A stretch of 59,101 bases of DNA from an uncultured bacterium (GCA_903885965.1 CAISKQ010000057.1:1-59101), one strand, 5' to 3'. Shown: positions 1 through 11,008, counted from the first letter of the stretch. Made by a program: numbers and translations. Notes: a model not told the origin generated them from the sequence alone.

Positions 1-65
1 AAATGGAAACCAACACAGCGACAAAATTAATCTTGATAGTAAAAAAAAGCGAATCTAATATTGGA

Positions 66-136
66 GAGCCGGATGCGGGAAAACTGCTTGTCCGGTTCAA
101 CTAGGGGTTTCAGATGAGAGTCTAGGAATCTACTAT
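66..136 (+). mobile_element. 3' end of a group II intron (domains V and VI)
   Basis: 66-98 GAGCCGGATGCGGGAAAACTGCTTGTCCGGTTC fits domain V (AGC triad, 2-nt bulge). 102-135 folds as domain VI with a GAGA tetraloop and bulged A132. The exact 3' splice site is uncertain (~136-138). Confidence 0.8.
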
Positions 137-176
137 AAAAGAAGAAGGTTAGTGAAAAATATTATTTTCAATTATT

Positions 177-1139
177 ATGCTCGGACACAAACTTAAAAAG
201 AGATTAGCTGATGAGTTTGATCTAGTTAAACAGGCAGAGGATCTTGGTGTCAGTGTTTGGCAAACTCCAAGTTTTTTATTCATTGTAATGGGTTTTGTTA
301 TTCTGGTTGCCATGACTGGGGTATACTTCATTTCAAATAATTATGATTCTCCGGACGTGCTTGTTATTAGCGAATCGGCGGTAGTTGCAATACTCTTTAC
401 TATCGGAAATTTCATCATTAATAGTTTTAATCAGGTGGCTAAGGCCAACAAAATGAAAACTGAGTTTGTTTCAATCGCCTCACATCAACTCAAAACTCCG
501 ATTGCTGAAATGAACTGGCAAATCGAATTGCTTTTATCGAAATTTCCCGAAGGTCTTAGTGAGAAACAGCAGCTTTTAATTGGGCAAATTGAGCGATCAA
601 GTCAAAAAATGGCCAGGCTTGTCAATGATCTTCTTGATGTGGCGCGTATTGACCAAGGGAGGTTGGCACTAACAAAAGAGGCGGTTGATTTATGCGATGT
701 AGTCAGTGATGCTATCGCTAATCAACAACCATTTTCTACTATTGCTGGTATTGAACTGAAATCAGCTTGTCCGGTGAAGTCTCCAAAGATTTTAATTGAC
801 AAAAAAAGAATTGGGGTTGCATTGGATAACCTTATTTCAAATGCGATAAAGTATACAAATAAACAAGGGGTGGTAGAGGTTTTCTTAGAAGTGAAGAATG
901 ATCTTGTTCAAGTTCGTGTGAGAGATAATGGAGTAGGCATCCCAAGCAACGAACAATGCGATATTTTTAAAAAGTTTTTTCGTAGTAATAATTCTATGAA
1001 AAATAATACCGATGGAACCGGACTTGGTTTATATATTGCAAAAAATATTATTGAACAATCAGGTGGTAAGTTATGGTTTCAATCAATTGAGGGCGCTGGA
1101 TCAGAATTTCTTTTCAGTTTACCGATAATTAAAGCATAA
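177..1139 (+). CDS. Membrane sensor histidine kinase (2 TM, HisKA + HATPase_c)
   Basis: H-box FVSIASHQLKTP, N-box NLISNAIKY, G1 DNGVGIP, G2 GTGLGL. Confidence 0.95.
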   Translation: MLGHKLKKRLADEFDLVKQAEDLGVSVWQTPSFLFIVMGFVILVAMTGVYFISNNYDSPDVLVISESAVVAILFTIGNFIINSFNQVAKANKMKTEFVSIASHQLKTPIAEMNWQIELLLSKFPEGLSEKQQLLIGQIERSSQKMARLVNDLLDVARIDQGRLALTKEAVDLCDVVSDAIANQQPFSTIAGIELKSACPVKSPKILIDKKRIGVALDNLISNAIKYTNKQGVVEVFLEVKNDLVQVRVRDNGVGIPSNEQCDIFKKFFRSNNSMKNNTDGTGLGLYIAKNIIEQSGGKLWFQSIEGAGSEFLFSLPIIKA

Positions 1140-1247
1140 GAAAGAAATTCTAGCTTGATTGGCAGTCTGACATTAAAATTCTATTATCGTTTCAGAAAGA
1201 AGACCCAAGTAAACGTTTTTTGTTTTATTAAATAGTAAGGTAATTAA

Positions 1248-1631
1248 ATGTATATGGAAAAAAAGAAACTGCTTATCGTCGAAGATGATCTGGTTTTGCA
1301 AAACTCACTCGAAGAATTTTTGCTTGCAGAGGGATTTGATGTGGTTTGTGCTATTGATGGAGAAGAAGGAATTCAGAAAGCTTTCTCAGAAAAACCAGAT
1401 TTAATTTTATTGGATATTGTACTTCCCAGGAAAGATGGGTACGAGGTATTGAGAGAAATTAAGGAAAATCAAGAAACAACACATGTCCCGATAGTGTTGC
1501 TTACAAATTTAGGAAGCATTGCGGATGTAGAAAAAGCTCTTGAGTTAGGGGCTACGACCTATCTAGTCAAGGCAGATTATAGACTTGATGAAGTGACGCA
1601 AAAAATAAAAGTAATTTTGAATAGAAAATAA
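1248..1631 (+). CDS. Single-domain response regulator (REC)
   Basis: LLIVEDD, LILLDIVLP, LTN, YLVK receiver motifs; no output domain. Confidence 0.95.
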   Translation: MYMEKKKLLIVEDDLVLQNSLEEFLLAEGFDVVCAIDGEEGIQKAFSEKPDLILLDIVLPRKDGYEVLREIKENQETTHVPIVLLTNLGSIADVEKALELGATTYLVKADYRLDEVTQKIKVILNRK

Positions 1632-1739
1632 GACTAGTACTACTTTATCAGGGATGTCTTATGGGGTAGGTAGATATAGAGGAAAAAAATAAAAAAACAA
1701 AAGCCTAGAGCACCTTGGGTGGCTGTAAAACAAAAAATA

Positions 1740-3488
1740 ATGCAAATAGCAAATAAACAATTGAGGGATTTCATCATTGATTCAGGAATGCTGGATAGCG
1801 GCGTGATTGAAGAAAATTTCAATGAAGCAACCAAGCAAGATAAGAAGTTTGGCGATTTATTGATAGAGAAAAACATTATCAGTGAAATTGATCTTAAGAA
1901 GTTGTACTCTTACATCTTAGGAATTCCATTTGTGAATTTGGAAAAAGAGGTAATTGAAAATGACATCCTGCATATAGTGCCAGAACCAATTGCGAAAAAA
2001 TATGGAATCGTAGCTTTTGAAAAAGATGGCAATAATCTGAAGGTAGCGATGAAAAATCCGGAAGATCTTCAGACAATAGATTTCATTCGAAAAAAAACAG
2101 GCCTCAAAATTGTCCCTTGTCTTACTAGTGAGGACAACATTAAGATAGTTTTAAAGCAGTATGAAAAGAGTCTAAAGGCTGAATTTGGAGATATCATTAA
2201 AAAAGATTCTGAGGATGCTGCATTAAATGATTCGGAAGATGATTTGGAAAAGATTGCTCAGGATCTTCCAATTGTGCGCATAGTTGACACCCTTATTAAG
2301 CATGCAATTTTGCAATCTGCCAGCGATATTCATATTGAACCTGACGAAAAAGAAATCCGAGTCAGGTATAGAATTGACGGAATTTTACACGACGCCATGA
2401 CTCTTCCAAAGCAGGTCATGGGTGGACTGATAGCTCGCATTAAGGTGTTGTCAAACTTAAAACTTGATGAACATCGATTGCCTCAGGATGGTCGCTTTAA
2501 GATTGAGAAAGATGGGTACAAGATTTCATTTCGAGTCAGTATATTGCCAGTTTTTGAAGGTGAAAAAATCGTTATGCGTCTTTTAGATGAGACATCGAAG
2601 GGCTTAACGTTGGAAAAAATGGGTCTCTTTGGGGATGATCTTGAGAAAGTTCATCAACATATTAAACGCCCAAATGGCATGATACTGGTTACGGGTCCCA
2701 CTGGTAGTGGAAAAACAACAACTCTGTACACGATAATGGATATTTTGAATACATCCGAGGTTAACATTAGTACCGTTGAAGATCCCGTGGAATATCGCAT
2801 GCAGCGAGTTAACCAAACGCAAGTCAATACAAAAATTGGAATGACTTTTGCTGCAGCACTTCGTAGTCTCCTTCGTCAAGATCCTGATATTATCATGGTA
2901 GGTGAAATTCGAGATGGAGAAACTATGCAGATTGCGATTGAAGCTGCGATGACTGGTCATCTCGTGCTCTCAACTCTTCACACGAACAGTGCTGCTGGAA
3001 CTTTGCCACGCCTTTTAGATATGGGAGCTGAAGCATTTTTGGTTGCATCGACAGTCAATGTTATCATTGCTCAACGGCTTGTGCGAAAATTATGCAATGA
3101 CTGCAAGGTTGCTTATAAGTTTGAAGAAAAAGATGTAAAGAATTTGCAAGCAAGTTTTGACATGGCTGAAATATTGGAAGTTTACAAAAAATCACCACAG
3201 CTGAAGGGCGTTATCGATGCAAAGAGTACTTGGAAAAATATTCAATTTTATAAGGCGCAGGGCTGCGAAAAGTGCAGCAATGAGGGATATCATGGACGAC
3301 AAGGAATTTATGAGGTTTTAGTTATGGATGAAAAAATTGGAAAATTGATTACCTCAAACGCGTCAGCTGATGAAATAGAGAGAGAGGCAAGAAAAGACGG
3401 AATGCATAAGATGTATGAAGATGGTTTCATTAAGGCGGCTATGGGTGTAACATCCATCGAAGAAGTATTGAGAGTGACCAAGGAGTAG
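1740..3488 (+). CDS. pilB: Type IV pilus assembly ATPase PilB/GspE
   Basis: ASDIHIEP, Walker A GPTGSGKTTT, LRQDPDIIMVGEIRD, His box TGHLVLSTLHTN, two CxxC; ATG at 1740 preferred. Confidence 0.95.
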   Translation: MQIANKQLRDFIIDSGMLDSGVIEENFNEATKQDKKFGDLLIEKNIISEIDLKKLYSYILGIPFVNLEKEVIENDILHIVPEPIAKKYGIVAFEKDGNNLKVAMKNPEDLQTIDFIRKKTGLKIVPCLTSEDNIKIVLKQYEKSLKAEFGDIIKKDSEDAALNDSEDDLEKIAQDLPIVRIVDTLIKHAILQSASDIHIEPDEKEIRVRYRIDGILHDAMTLPKQVMGGLIARIKVLSNLKLDEHRLPQDGRFKIEKDGYKISFRVSILPVFEGEKIVMRLLDETSKGLTLEKMGLFGDDLEKVHQHIKRPNGMILVTGPTGSGKTTTLYTIMDILNTSEVNISTVEDPVEYRMQRVNQTQVNTKIGMTFAAALRSLLRQDPDIIMVGEIRDGETMQIAIEAAMTGHLVLSTLHTNSAAGTLPRLLDMGAEAFLVASTVNVIIAQRLVRKLCNDCKVAYKFEEKDVKNLQASFDMAEILEVYKKSPQLKGVIDAKSTWKNIQFYKAQGCEKCSNEGYHGRQGIYEVLVMDEKIGKLITSNASADEIEREARKDGMHKMYEDGFIKAAMGVTSIEEVLRVTKE

Positions 3489-3550
3489 CTGTACATAACT
3501 TAGTGTTATTTTAGGTTTCATATTTAGTTGGGAGGTAAGTAGTTAAATTT

Positions 3551-4777
3551 ATGCCAAAATTTATATATACCGCTAAAAATTATAGTGGTGAAAAGAAGGG
3601 CGGTGAAATTATCGCACGTGATGAAAAGACACTGGCTAGTCAACTCAGAAGTGATGGTTTCTTGGTCACTTCCATAGCACTTGTTCGTGAGGATCAATCC
3701 GCGAGTGGTGTTCAGGTAAAATTTTTTGACAGATTTAGCAATGTTCCGTTAAAGGAAAAGATGGTATTTGCGAGAAATCTTAGTGTAATGATAAGCTCAG
3801 GACTCACTGTTTCGCGAGCTGTTGGTAATCTTGCAATGCAAGTTGAACACAAAGGCTTTAAAAAAATTCTTAATGATATTTTTGAAGAAATACAAAGCGG
3901 AAAAACACTTAGTGAGGGGTTTGCCAAATATCCAGGAGTTTTTGGTGATCTTTTCATAAATATGGTTAAGGTCGGCGAGGTGGCTGGAAATCTTGATGAG
4001 GTGCTTAAAATAGTTTCAGTGCAAATAGAAAAAGAGCATGATTTGAAGGGAAAGGTAAAAGGTGCGATGATTTATCCAGCTGTCATTTTATCGGTGATGA
4101 TTATAATTGGAATACTCATGTTAACCTATGTGCTTCCTCAAATGATGGGCGTGTTTAAGGGTATGAATGCTAAGTTGCCGCCAATGACTCAGTTTTTGGT
4201 TGATCTTAGTGATGCAATGAAAAACAACGGCATAGTTGTGGCGATAGGATTTATTAGCTTGATAAGTTTTTTGAACTATTTTCTTCATCAAAAAGCTGGC
4301 AAAAAAGCTCTGGGATATTTTACAGTACACGTTCCTATTTTCAGCCCTATCGTAAAACAAGTTAATTGCGCTCGCTTCGCTAGAATATATAGTTCATTGC
4401 TAAAGAGTGGAGTCAATTCTGTTGAGGCTCTTGGGATTATTTCAAATACCCTTTCCAATTATTATTACAAAGAAGCATTATTGAAAGGTGTGGAGGACAT
4501 TCAAAAAGGAGTTCCATTGAGCACTATTTTATCAAATCGCCCGGATGTTTTTCCAATTCTTGTATCTCAAATTGTTCAAGTCGGAGAAGAGACTGGAAAA
4601 ACAGAAACAGTATTGCTTCAGTTGGCAGAATATTACGAAGATGAGGTTGACCAGGTAACTAAAAACATGTCCTCAATCATCGAGCCTCTCTTGATGGTTG
4701 TGATAGGTGGGTGTGTTGGTTTTTTTGCCGTGGCTATGCTTTTGCCTATGTATAGCCTGATGGACAGTATTAAGTAG
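3551..4777 (+). CDS. pilC: Type IV pilus platform protein PilC/GspF
   Basis: Two T2SSF repeats (VGEVAGNL, VGEETGK), AMIYP, IIEPLL; follows pilB. Confidence 0.95.
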   Translation: MPKFIYTAKNYSGEKKGGEIIARDEKTLASQLRSDGFLVTSIALVREDQSASGVQVKFFDRFSNVPLKEKMVFARNLSVMISSGLTVSRAVGNLAMQVEHKGFKKILNDIFEEIQSGKTLSEGFAKYPGVFGDLFINMVKVGEVAGNLDEVLKIVSVQIEKEHDLKGKVKGAMIYPAVILSVMIIIGILMLTYVLPQMMGVFKGMNAKLPPMTQFLVDLSDAMKNNGIVVAIGFISLISFLNYFLHQKAGKKALGYFTVHVPIFSPIVKQVNCARFARIYSSLLKSGVNSVEALGIISNTLSNYYYKEALLKGVEDIQKGVPLSTILSNRPDVFPILVSQIVQVGEETGKTETVLLQLAEYYEDEVDQVTKNMSSIIEPLLMVVIGGCVGFFAVAMLLPMYSLMDSIK

Positions 4778-4839
4778 TTATTATTGTATGGGGATATGAA
4801 CATGTTGGCATGTGAATATCTTTTTATTTTCAATAAAAT

Positions 4840-6225
4840 ATGTTTTTTCAAAAATTGAAAAAAAATAAATGCAATGGCTTCACTCTCATAGAGATGATGG
4901 TTTTTATGTTTATGCTTACTATTGCAGGAGTTACTTTCTACAAGGTATTTGCAACAGGAACACTTGCTATGAGTAATGTTAAAAGTAGACTTGGGGCAGT
5001 TCAGCTCGCAAATGAGAAAATTGAAATAGCCCGTAATCTCAAGTATGAAGATGTTGGAACAGTGGGCGGTATTCCAGACGGGAAACTTTCACAAACAGAA
5101 ACAGAGATTCGTTCTGGTAAAACGTATTATGTTCATAGTTCAGTCGTGGCTATAGATGATCCTTTTGATGGAACCTTGGCAGCCGGAACGGACTCTCGAC
5201 CAGCTGATTACAAACAAGTCAAGATTATTGTTTACTGGGAGGATGATAATCCTGCAAAGTCAACATCGGTAGTGGCAACTATCTCTCCGCCAGGAGTGGA
5301 AGCTATGTACACAGGTGGAATTCTTTCTTTGAATATTGTTGATAGTTCAGGTATCGGTATCCCAAATGCCAATGTTAAAATTATCAATGGTTCTGTTTCG
5401 CCAGTAGTTAACGCTCAATATACAACAGATTCTTCTGGCAATCTTTTTCTCCCTGAGGTTATTCCATCTTTGCAAACCTATAGTCTTCAGATTACAAAGA
5501 ATGGCTATTTTCCAGTTCAGACATATGCGCCTTATCCAATAAGTAGTGTTAACCCGATTGATATTCACGCCAGTGTTGTTAATGCAAGCATCAATCAAAA
5601 AACCATTGTAATGGATAAACTTTCAACAATTAATTTGTATACCAAGTCACCGCTTGGAGAAATAATTCCAAATATTGATTTTTCACTAGCGGGCGGTAGA
5701 AGAACTTCTAATACTATAGCTACGCCGCCACTTCCTGTTTGGTCACTTGTTCAAACGGTTTTCAACTCATCAGCTGATGGAAAAAAAACTTTAACGAACA
5801 TAAGTTCAGGGCCTTATTATTTTACATATCCGTCTGGAATTCAAAATGATAAGTATGCGCTTTTGTATCTTGATGCCGCCGCAGATTTATCTAATGTATT
5901 TAACTTACCTCCAAATACTGCGTTGGATGTCAATGTAGTACTGGCTAATAAGGAGACCGATTCTTTGTTGGTTACAGCCCTTACTGATGCTGATAGTGCG
6001 CCTATCGCGGGCGCTTCAGTTGAGCTCAAGAGCGTAATTGGAGCATATGATGTTACAATGACAACGAATAAATTTGGAAAAGTTTATTTTCCAGACTCTA
6101 ATGCAACTCTTGTTGCCGGTGGTTACAAGTTAAGCATTGTGGCTGCAGGCTTTACTGACATCATAGATAAGGATGTTACGATTAATAAATTTACCACTCA
6201 AGAAGTCAAAATGGTAATAGAATAA
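4840..6225 (+). CDS. Large minor pilin (prepilin N-terminus, Ig/carboxypeptidase-regulatory-like C-terminal domains)
   Basis: Class III signal NG|FTLIEMMV; beta-rich C-terminal repeats. Confidence 0.85.
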   Translation: MFFQKLKKNKCNGFTLIEMMVFMFMLTIAGVTFYKVFATGTLAMSNVKSRLGAVQLANEKIEIARNLKYEDVGTVGGIPDGKLSQTETEIRSGKTYYVHSSVVAIDDPFDGTLAAGTDSRPADYKQVKIIVYWEDDNPAKSTSVVATISPPGVEAMYTGGILSLNIVDSSGIGIPNANVKIINGSVSPVVNAQYTTDSSGNLFLPEVIPSLQTYSLQITKNGYFPVQTYAPYPISSVNPIDIHASVVNASINQKTIVMDKLSTINLYTKSPLGEIIPNIDFSLAGGRRTSNTIATPPLPVWSLVQTVFNSSADGKKTLTNISSGPYYFTYPSGIQNDKYALLYLDAAADLSNVFNLPPNTALDVNVVLANKETDSLLVTALTDADSAPIAGASVELKSVIGAYDVTMTTNKFGKVYFPDSNATLVAGGYKLSIVAAGFTDIIDKDVTINKFTTQEVKMVIE

Positions 6226-6227
6226 AT

Positions 6228-6866
6228 ATGATTTTTTTGAAAAAAATAATGAATTCAAGAAAGAGAGGAATAACCCTTGTTGAAACGCTCGTCGCTGTAG
6301 CGATTCTTATTATGGGCATCGGTGGTTTCACTATGCTCGCCGCGAAAAGTTGGAAAATGAATGCATTTGTGATTGAATCCGGAAATGCTACAAGCAAGGC
6401 AACAAGTGCGCTAAATCAAACGATTAAAAGTTTAAGGGAGATTAGGCAAGCTGATGATGGAAGTTACCCGGTTAAGGATGTCGCTAAAAATAGTCTCACC
6501 GTGTATCTGGATGATGACAAGGATGGAAAGGCTGAAAGAGTGCATTATTATCTTGAAACTGCTACACAAACGTTTAAAAAAGGAATTACAAAATCAAGTG
6601 GCACTCCTGCTGCTTATCCTGCCGGCGATCAGACGGTAAAAATTATCTCCAATTACGTCGTTAATACAATTTCTCAGCCAGTTTTTGAATACTACAATAA
6701 TGATTACCCAATTGACGCTATAAACAATCCACTTAGCAGCCCCGTTCCTGCAGATGTCAAGTTAGTAAAAGTTCGTCTCTGGATAAATATAAAACCACTC
6801 ACTGCCCCGGACAATATAAATCTGGAATCTTTTGCTGAGTTTAGGAACCTTAATGAAAACAATTAA
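6228..6866 (+). CDS. Minor pilin, PilW-like
   Basis: Class III signal RG|ITLVETLVAV. Confidence 0.85.
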   Translation: MIFLKKIMNSRKRGITLVETLVAVAILIMGIGGFTMLAAKSWKMNAFVIESGNATSKATSALNQTIKSLREIRQADDGSYPVKDVAKNSLTVYLDDDKDGKAERVHYYLETATQTFKKGITKSSGTPAAYPAGDQTVKIISNYVVNTISQPVFEYYNNDYPIDAINNPLSSPVPADVKLVKVRLWINIKPLTAPDNINLESFAEFRNLNENN

Positions 6867-8472
6867 TATGAAAGTTGAAAATAAGAAAGCTGCTGTATTT
6901 AGAAATGAAAAAGGTTCGGCCATTGCTTATGCGTTGGTTATTATTGTGATGATTTCAATATTGCTTTCCTCGATGGTGCAATTTATTGTAAATAATTCCA
7001 AAAGTGCATATCAAACTCAAAGTAAAGAAGAAGCATTTCAAATTGCTGAGGCTGGGGTTAATTTTTATCGTTGGTATCTTGCTCATGAAACAGATGGGAG
7101 AACTGCTATGCAAATTCGGGATTTTTGGCAAGGTACAAGTCCTGACCCATATGGGCTGAGGAATAACTCCCCATATGAGCGAGACTATGTGGATGCTCAA
7201 GGCGGAGTGCTTGGAAAATACAGTATTGAAACCTCTGCTCCAGATCCTAGTTCAACAATTGTTTACGTCGCTGTTACGGGCTGGACTAGTAAATATCCAG
7301 CTATTAAAAGAACTATAAATGTGCGCTTCAGGAGACCTTCTTGGAGTGAGGATAGTGTGCTGGCTAATGACTTTATGCGCTTTGGCGAGGGAACTACTGT
7401 TAATGGTAAAATACATTCTAATTCTGGCATTCGCTTTGATGGAATTGCAACCAATGTCGTTTCGAGCTCCTTGAGCACTTATGATGATCCGGATCATACG
7501 GGAGGTAGTGAGTTTGGGGTACATACGCATGTTAACGCTCCGCCAGCTAGTGGAATAAACGACAATCAGAGACCTTCGGAGGCTCCGCCAAGCGTCGTTT
7601 CTCCGCGAATCGATGTATTTAAAGCTGGAAGAGATTTTCCTACGCCACAAGTTGATTTTGCAAGTGTTGTTTCTGATATTTCTTTTATGAGAAGTCAGGC
7701 TACGGTGAAATTTGACAATAGTGGGGCGGGACGCAGAATCATTTTAAAGGCCGATGGCAATTTTAATTCTTGCAAAGTAAATTCTTACTCGGTTTATAAT
7801 CCTATCGGGTACACTGGCTCAAGCGGTATTACTGATTACAATGGAGTCATCACTGGAGCGTCAGGTTCCTATGCTTCAACTAATGGACTTAGTTGCGTTA
7901 CAGTTGATTGTTGCGATGCAGGTAGCTGCTCCCTGATTCAAGCTAGTAAGCCAAGTAAAGGCAAGTGCATAAGCATTACAAGCGGGGTTATTCCTAATGG
8001 GGGAATTATTTTTGTGGCAAATAATCTCTGGCTAGAAGGAACAATAAGTGGCAAAAAAGTTTCTTTTGTTGCGGCCGAACTTTCTGACGAGCCTGGATAT
8101 ACTGGCGGAAATAAAAATGTTTTTTTAGGCATGAATAATTTGCGCTATACAAATCATGATGGTAACGACATTATTGGTGTAATAGCACAGGAAGACGTTG
8201 AGGTAATCAAAGATAGCCTTAATGATTTATTTATCGATGGAGCTCTTTTAGCAAAAGGTGGTCGCGTTGGTAGATATTATTATGGAAATTCTAAAAATAG
8301 CATCACAGTTAATGGTTCAATTGCAACGTATGCCAGATATGGATTTGCATACACAGATGGGACAGGATATCAAACGCGTAATCTTGATTTTGATAATAAT
8401 CTATTATACTTTCCTCCGCCGTATTTTCCTACCGGCACACAATACTCCATAGATTCTTGGGAGGAGGACTAG
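6853..8472 (+). CDS. PilX-like minor pilin with large C-terminal domain
   Basis: KG|SAIAYALV (no E5), AFQIAEAG PilX motif, C-terminal SWEE; start 6853 or 6868. Confidence 0.8.
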   Translation: MKTINMKVENKKAAVFRNEKGSAIAYALVIIVMISILLSSMVQFIVNNSKSAYQTQSKEEAFQIAEAGVNFYRWYLAHETDGRTAMQIRDFWQGTSPDPYGLRNNSPYERDYVDAQGGVLGKYSIETSAPDPSSTIVYVAVTGWTSKYPAIKRTINVRFRRPSWSEDSVLANDFMRFGEGTTVNGKIHSNSGIRFDGIATNVVSSSLSTYDDPDHTGGSEFGVHTHVNAPPASGINDNQRPSEAPPSVVSPRIDVFKAGRDFPTPQVDFASVVSDISFMRSQATVKFDNSGAGRRIILKADGNFNSCKVNSYSVYNPIGYTGSSGITDYNGVITGASGSYASTNGLSCVTVDCCDAGSCSLIQASKPSKGKCISITSGVIPNGGIIFVANNLWLEGTISGKKVSFVAAELSDEPGYTGGNKNVFLGMNNLRYTNHDGNDIIGVIAQEDVEVIKDSLNDLFIDGALLAKGGRVGRYYYGNSKNSITVNGSIATYARYGFAYTDGTGYQTRNLDFDNNLLYFPPPYFPTGTQYSIDSWEED

Positions 8473-8560
8473 CACATTGCGTTTTAAGTAATTATGAAAT
8501 ATGAAGAAAATAGTGTAAAATTAAAAGGCTAAAAATGCCTGAAAAATATAAAAATAAAAA

Positions 8561-9646
8561 ATGAGCTTTCTAAATAAAAAAATTTGTAGTAATTCTTCCA
8601 GTATATTCGGACTTGATTTGAGTGACCTTTCGGTTAAGCTTATTAAGTTTGAGAATAATGGTGTGGAAGAGAAAATTGTCAGCTATGGATGTGTGTCTCT
8701 GCCAGTTGGCGCCGTGAGTGATGGTGAGATAAAAAAGAAAGAACAGATTGTGGTGGCAATAAAAAAACTTATTGAAACTTCAGGACCAAAAAAAATAAAA
8801 ACGAAAAAAGTTATCTGTAGCCTTCCTGAGACAAAAGCTTTTTTGCGAATTATAAGTATTCCAAAAATGAATGATAATGAAATAGGCGAAGCTGTTAAAT
8901 GGGAAATGGAAGCGAACATTCCGTTGCCGCTCGAACAGGTTTATTACGATTGGCAAATCGTTACTGAGGCCCTAACTACGGAAAAAAACAAAATAAATCT
9001 ATTAGTCGTTGCAGTGTCAAAAACAACAGTGGACGAAACCATAGAGGTTATTGAGATGGCAGGACTTGAAGTTGTTGGGCTGGAGATAGAATCAATTGCG
9101 CAATCCAGGAGTCTCCTTTGCTGCGATGACTACAAAAAAACAGTTTTGATAGTTGATATTGGAGATAGAAGAACGAGCTTTTCAATTTCAAAGGAGGGTG
9201 TTCCATGTTTTACTTCCAGTGTTCCCCTTAGTGGACAATCTCTTTCTGATGTCATCGCTAAGGGAATGGGTATTTCATTTGAGGAAGCTGAAAAAATAAA
9301 ACTAACCCACGGTATCGGCTGTGATCCTAAAAATGATTCTTTGTTCAAGTTAGTAGAACCAGTTCTTGAAAGTTTTTCTCAGGAGATAGAAAGATCGATA
9401 AATTTTTATTTATCAGGATTGGGATACTCAAAAAATATTGATAAGATAATTATTTGCGGTGGAGGTGCGAATACAAAGGGAATTGTGCCATATCTATCAA
9501 AAAAGTTAGGACGAGAGATTCAACCTGGAAATCCATGGTCGAATGTAAATTTAGGAAAAAAATTGCCAATTATTGAAAAAAGTCAATCATTGCAATATTC
9601 AACAGCTATAGGTTTAGCATTAAAAGCACTCCAATATGAAGATTAG
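8561..9646 (+). CDS. pilM: Type IV pilus alignment protein PilM
   Basis: FGLDLSD, IVDIGDRRT, ICGGGA, AIGLAL actin-like PilM motifs. Confidence 0.93.
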   Translation: MSFLNKKICSNSSSIFGLDLSDLSVKLIKFENNGVEEKIVSYGCVSLPVGAVSDGEIKKKEQIVVAIKKLIETSGPKKIKTKKVICSLPETKAFLRIISIPKMNDNEIGEAVKWEMEANIPLPLEQVYYDWQIVTEALTTEKNKINLLVVAVSKTTVDETIEVIEMAGLEVVGLEIESIAQSRSLLCCDDYKKTVLIVDIGDRRTSFSISKEGVPCFTSSVPLSGQSLSDVIAKGMGISFEEAEKIKLTHGIGCDPKNDSLFKLVEPVLESFSQEIERSINFYLSGLGYSKNIDKIIICGGGANTKGIVPYLSKKLGREIQPGNPWSNVNLGKKLPIIEKSQSLQYSTAIGLALKALQYED

Positions 9647-10190
9647 TCTTGATTTGCTTCCTCAAAACAAAAAAGATGAAATACGAAGAAGTAAATTTTT
9701 TCGTGAACTTTTGCGTACGGAGATATTGTTCTTTTTTCCTATTTTAATTCTCATCGTTATTTTAATTAATGTGCTATATCTGTTGAAGATTCAGCAAAAT
9801 GGAAGTATTGCAGACTATGAATTTCAGCAGAATCAAAGTCAATATCAAGAGTTGGATAAATACGACAAGAATTTTAAAGCTATAAATGAGGCTACTGGTT
9901 TTTTGATAAAAATTCAAAATGGACATTTGCAATGGTCAACCGTCTTGAACCATTTGAGTCAGGTTATTCCAAGTGGTATTGTTATAAATAATTTTTCCAA
10001 TAAGAACTATGACATTTATTTGACTGGGCAGGCCAAAACCCGCGATAAACTGCTTGAATTTAAGGGTAATCTAGAAAAGGATGCATGTTTTGGAAAAATT
10101 AATGTCCCACTCTCAGACCTTGTTGTTAAGGAGAATGTTGATTTTCAAATGGATTTCAATGTTAGCCAGGATTGTTTGAGAAATAAATAA
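9636..10190 (+). CDS. pilN: PilN-like protein
   Basis: N-terminal ISLDLLP (variant of INLLP), one TM, coiled coil, LTGQA; overlaps pilM. Confidence 0.85.
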   Translation: MKISLDLLPQNKKDEIRRSKFFRELLRTEILFFFPILILIVILINVLYLLKIQQNGSIADYEFQQNQSQYQELDKYDKNFKAINEATGFLIKIQNGHLQWSTVLNHLSQVIPSGIVINNFSNKNYDIYLTGQAKTRDKLLEFKGNLEKDACFGKINVPLSDLVVKENVDFQMDFNVSQDCLRNK

Positions 10191-10302
10191 ACAGCGAATA
10201 ATTCAGGATGATTTTATTTATTAGCATGAAAATTTTCTGTGGGATGCAGGTTGCTTGAACTAAAAAAATAGCGAGCGTTTAAATCATTTTTTATATTCTT
10301 AG

Positions 10303-11001
10303 ATGACAAAATTTCTAAAAAATCAACGAGAACTTGTTGTGCTAGCACTATTTTTTGTTGTGATTGGTGGGCTTGGGTATTTTGTCATTATGCCGCTATT
10401 GAAAAGTATTACGCTTGTCAGGGATGGAATACAGGAGGAAGCCATTAAACAAGACATAAGAAGGCAAAAACTAAATGAACTGCCAAAGATAAGGGAACAG
10501 TTTGCAAAAATTAATAATCAACAAAATAAAATAGATATACTACTTAGTAAGGATCAGGCAGTTGTTTTGATTGAGCGATTGGAGAAGCTCTCTCAAGATA
10601 CGGGTAATACAATAGTAATTTCGATTAATGATGGTCTGCAACAAGCAGCTAATCCAGCCCTTGCTAAAGCAGGCTCAGCAACAGCTAACTTGGTAGAGTC
10701 ATTGCCAAGCAATGACTATTTGAAATTAACAATTTCTTTGACTGGGGACTACGATGGACTTTTTAAATTCATTAGTGGCCTAGAAACGTTTGAATATTAT
10801 GGTGATATTATTGGTATTAATATTAGCCACTCAACTGATAGTGGCTTGCCATCCGCGGCCGGTGCAGCGCCGATTAATGGAGTTCTGAATCCATTTAATG
10901 CCCAATTAACACCTGGCGCATCTTCCACAAATACCGCAGCCAAGCAAAATGGCAGCAAATTGGATACCTCGTTGGAAGTAGTTTTTTATACTAAAAAATA
11001 A
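10303..11001 (+). CDS. pilO: PilO-like protein
   Basis: N-terminal TM, coiled coil, ISLTGDYDGLFKFISGLE PilO-type motif; position after pilN. Confidence 0.75.
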   Translation: MTKFLKNQRELVVLALFFVVIGGLGYFVIMPLLKSITLVRDGIQEEAIKQDIRRQKLNELPKIREQFAKINNQQNKIDILLSKDQAVVLIERLEKLSQDTGNTIVISINDGLQQAANPALAKAGSATANLVESLPSNDYLKLTISLTGDYDGLFKFISGLETFEYYGDIIGINISHSTDSGLPSAAGAAPINGVLNPFNAQLTPGASSTNTAAKQNGSKLDTSLEVVFYTKK

Positions 11002-11008
11002 TAGCTAT

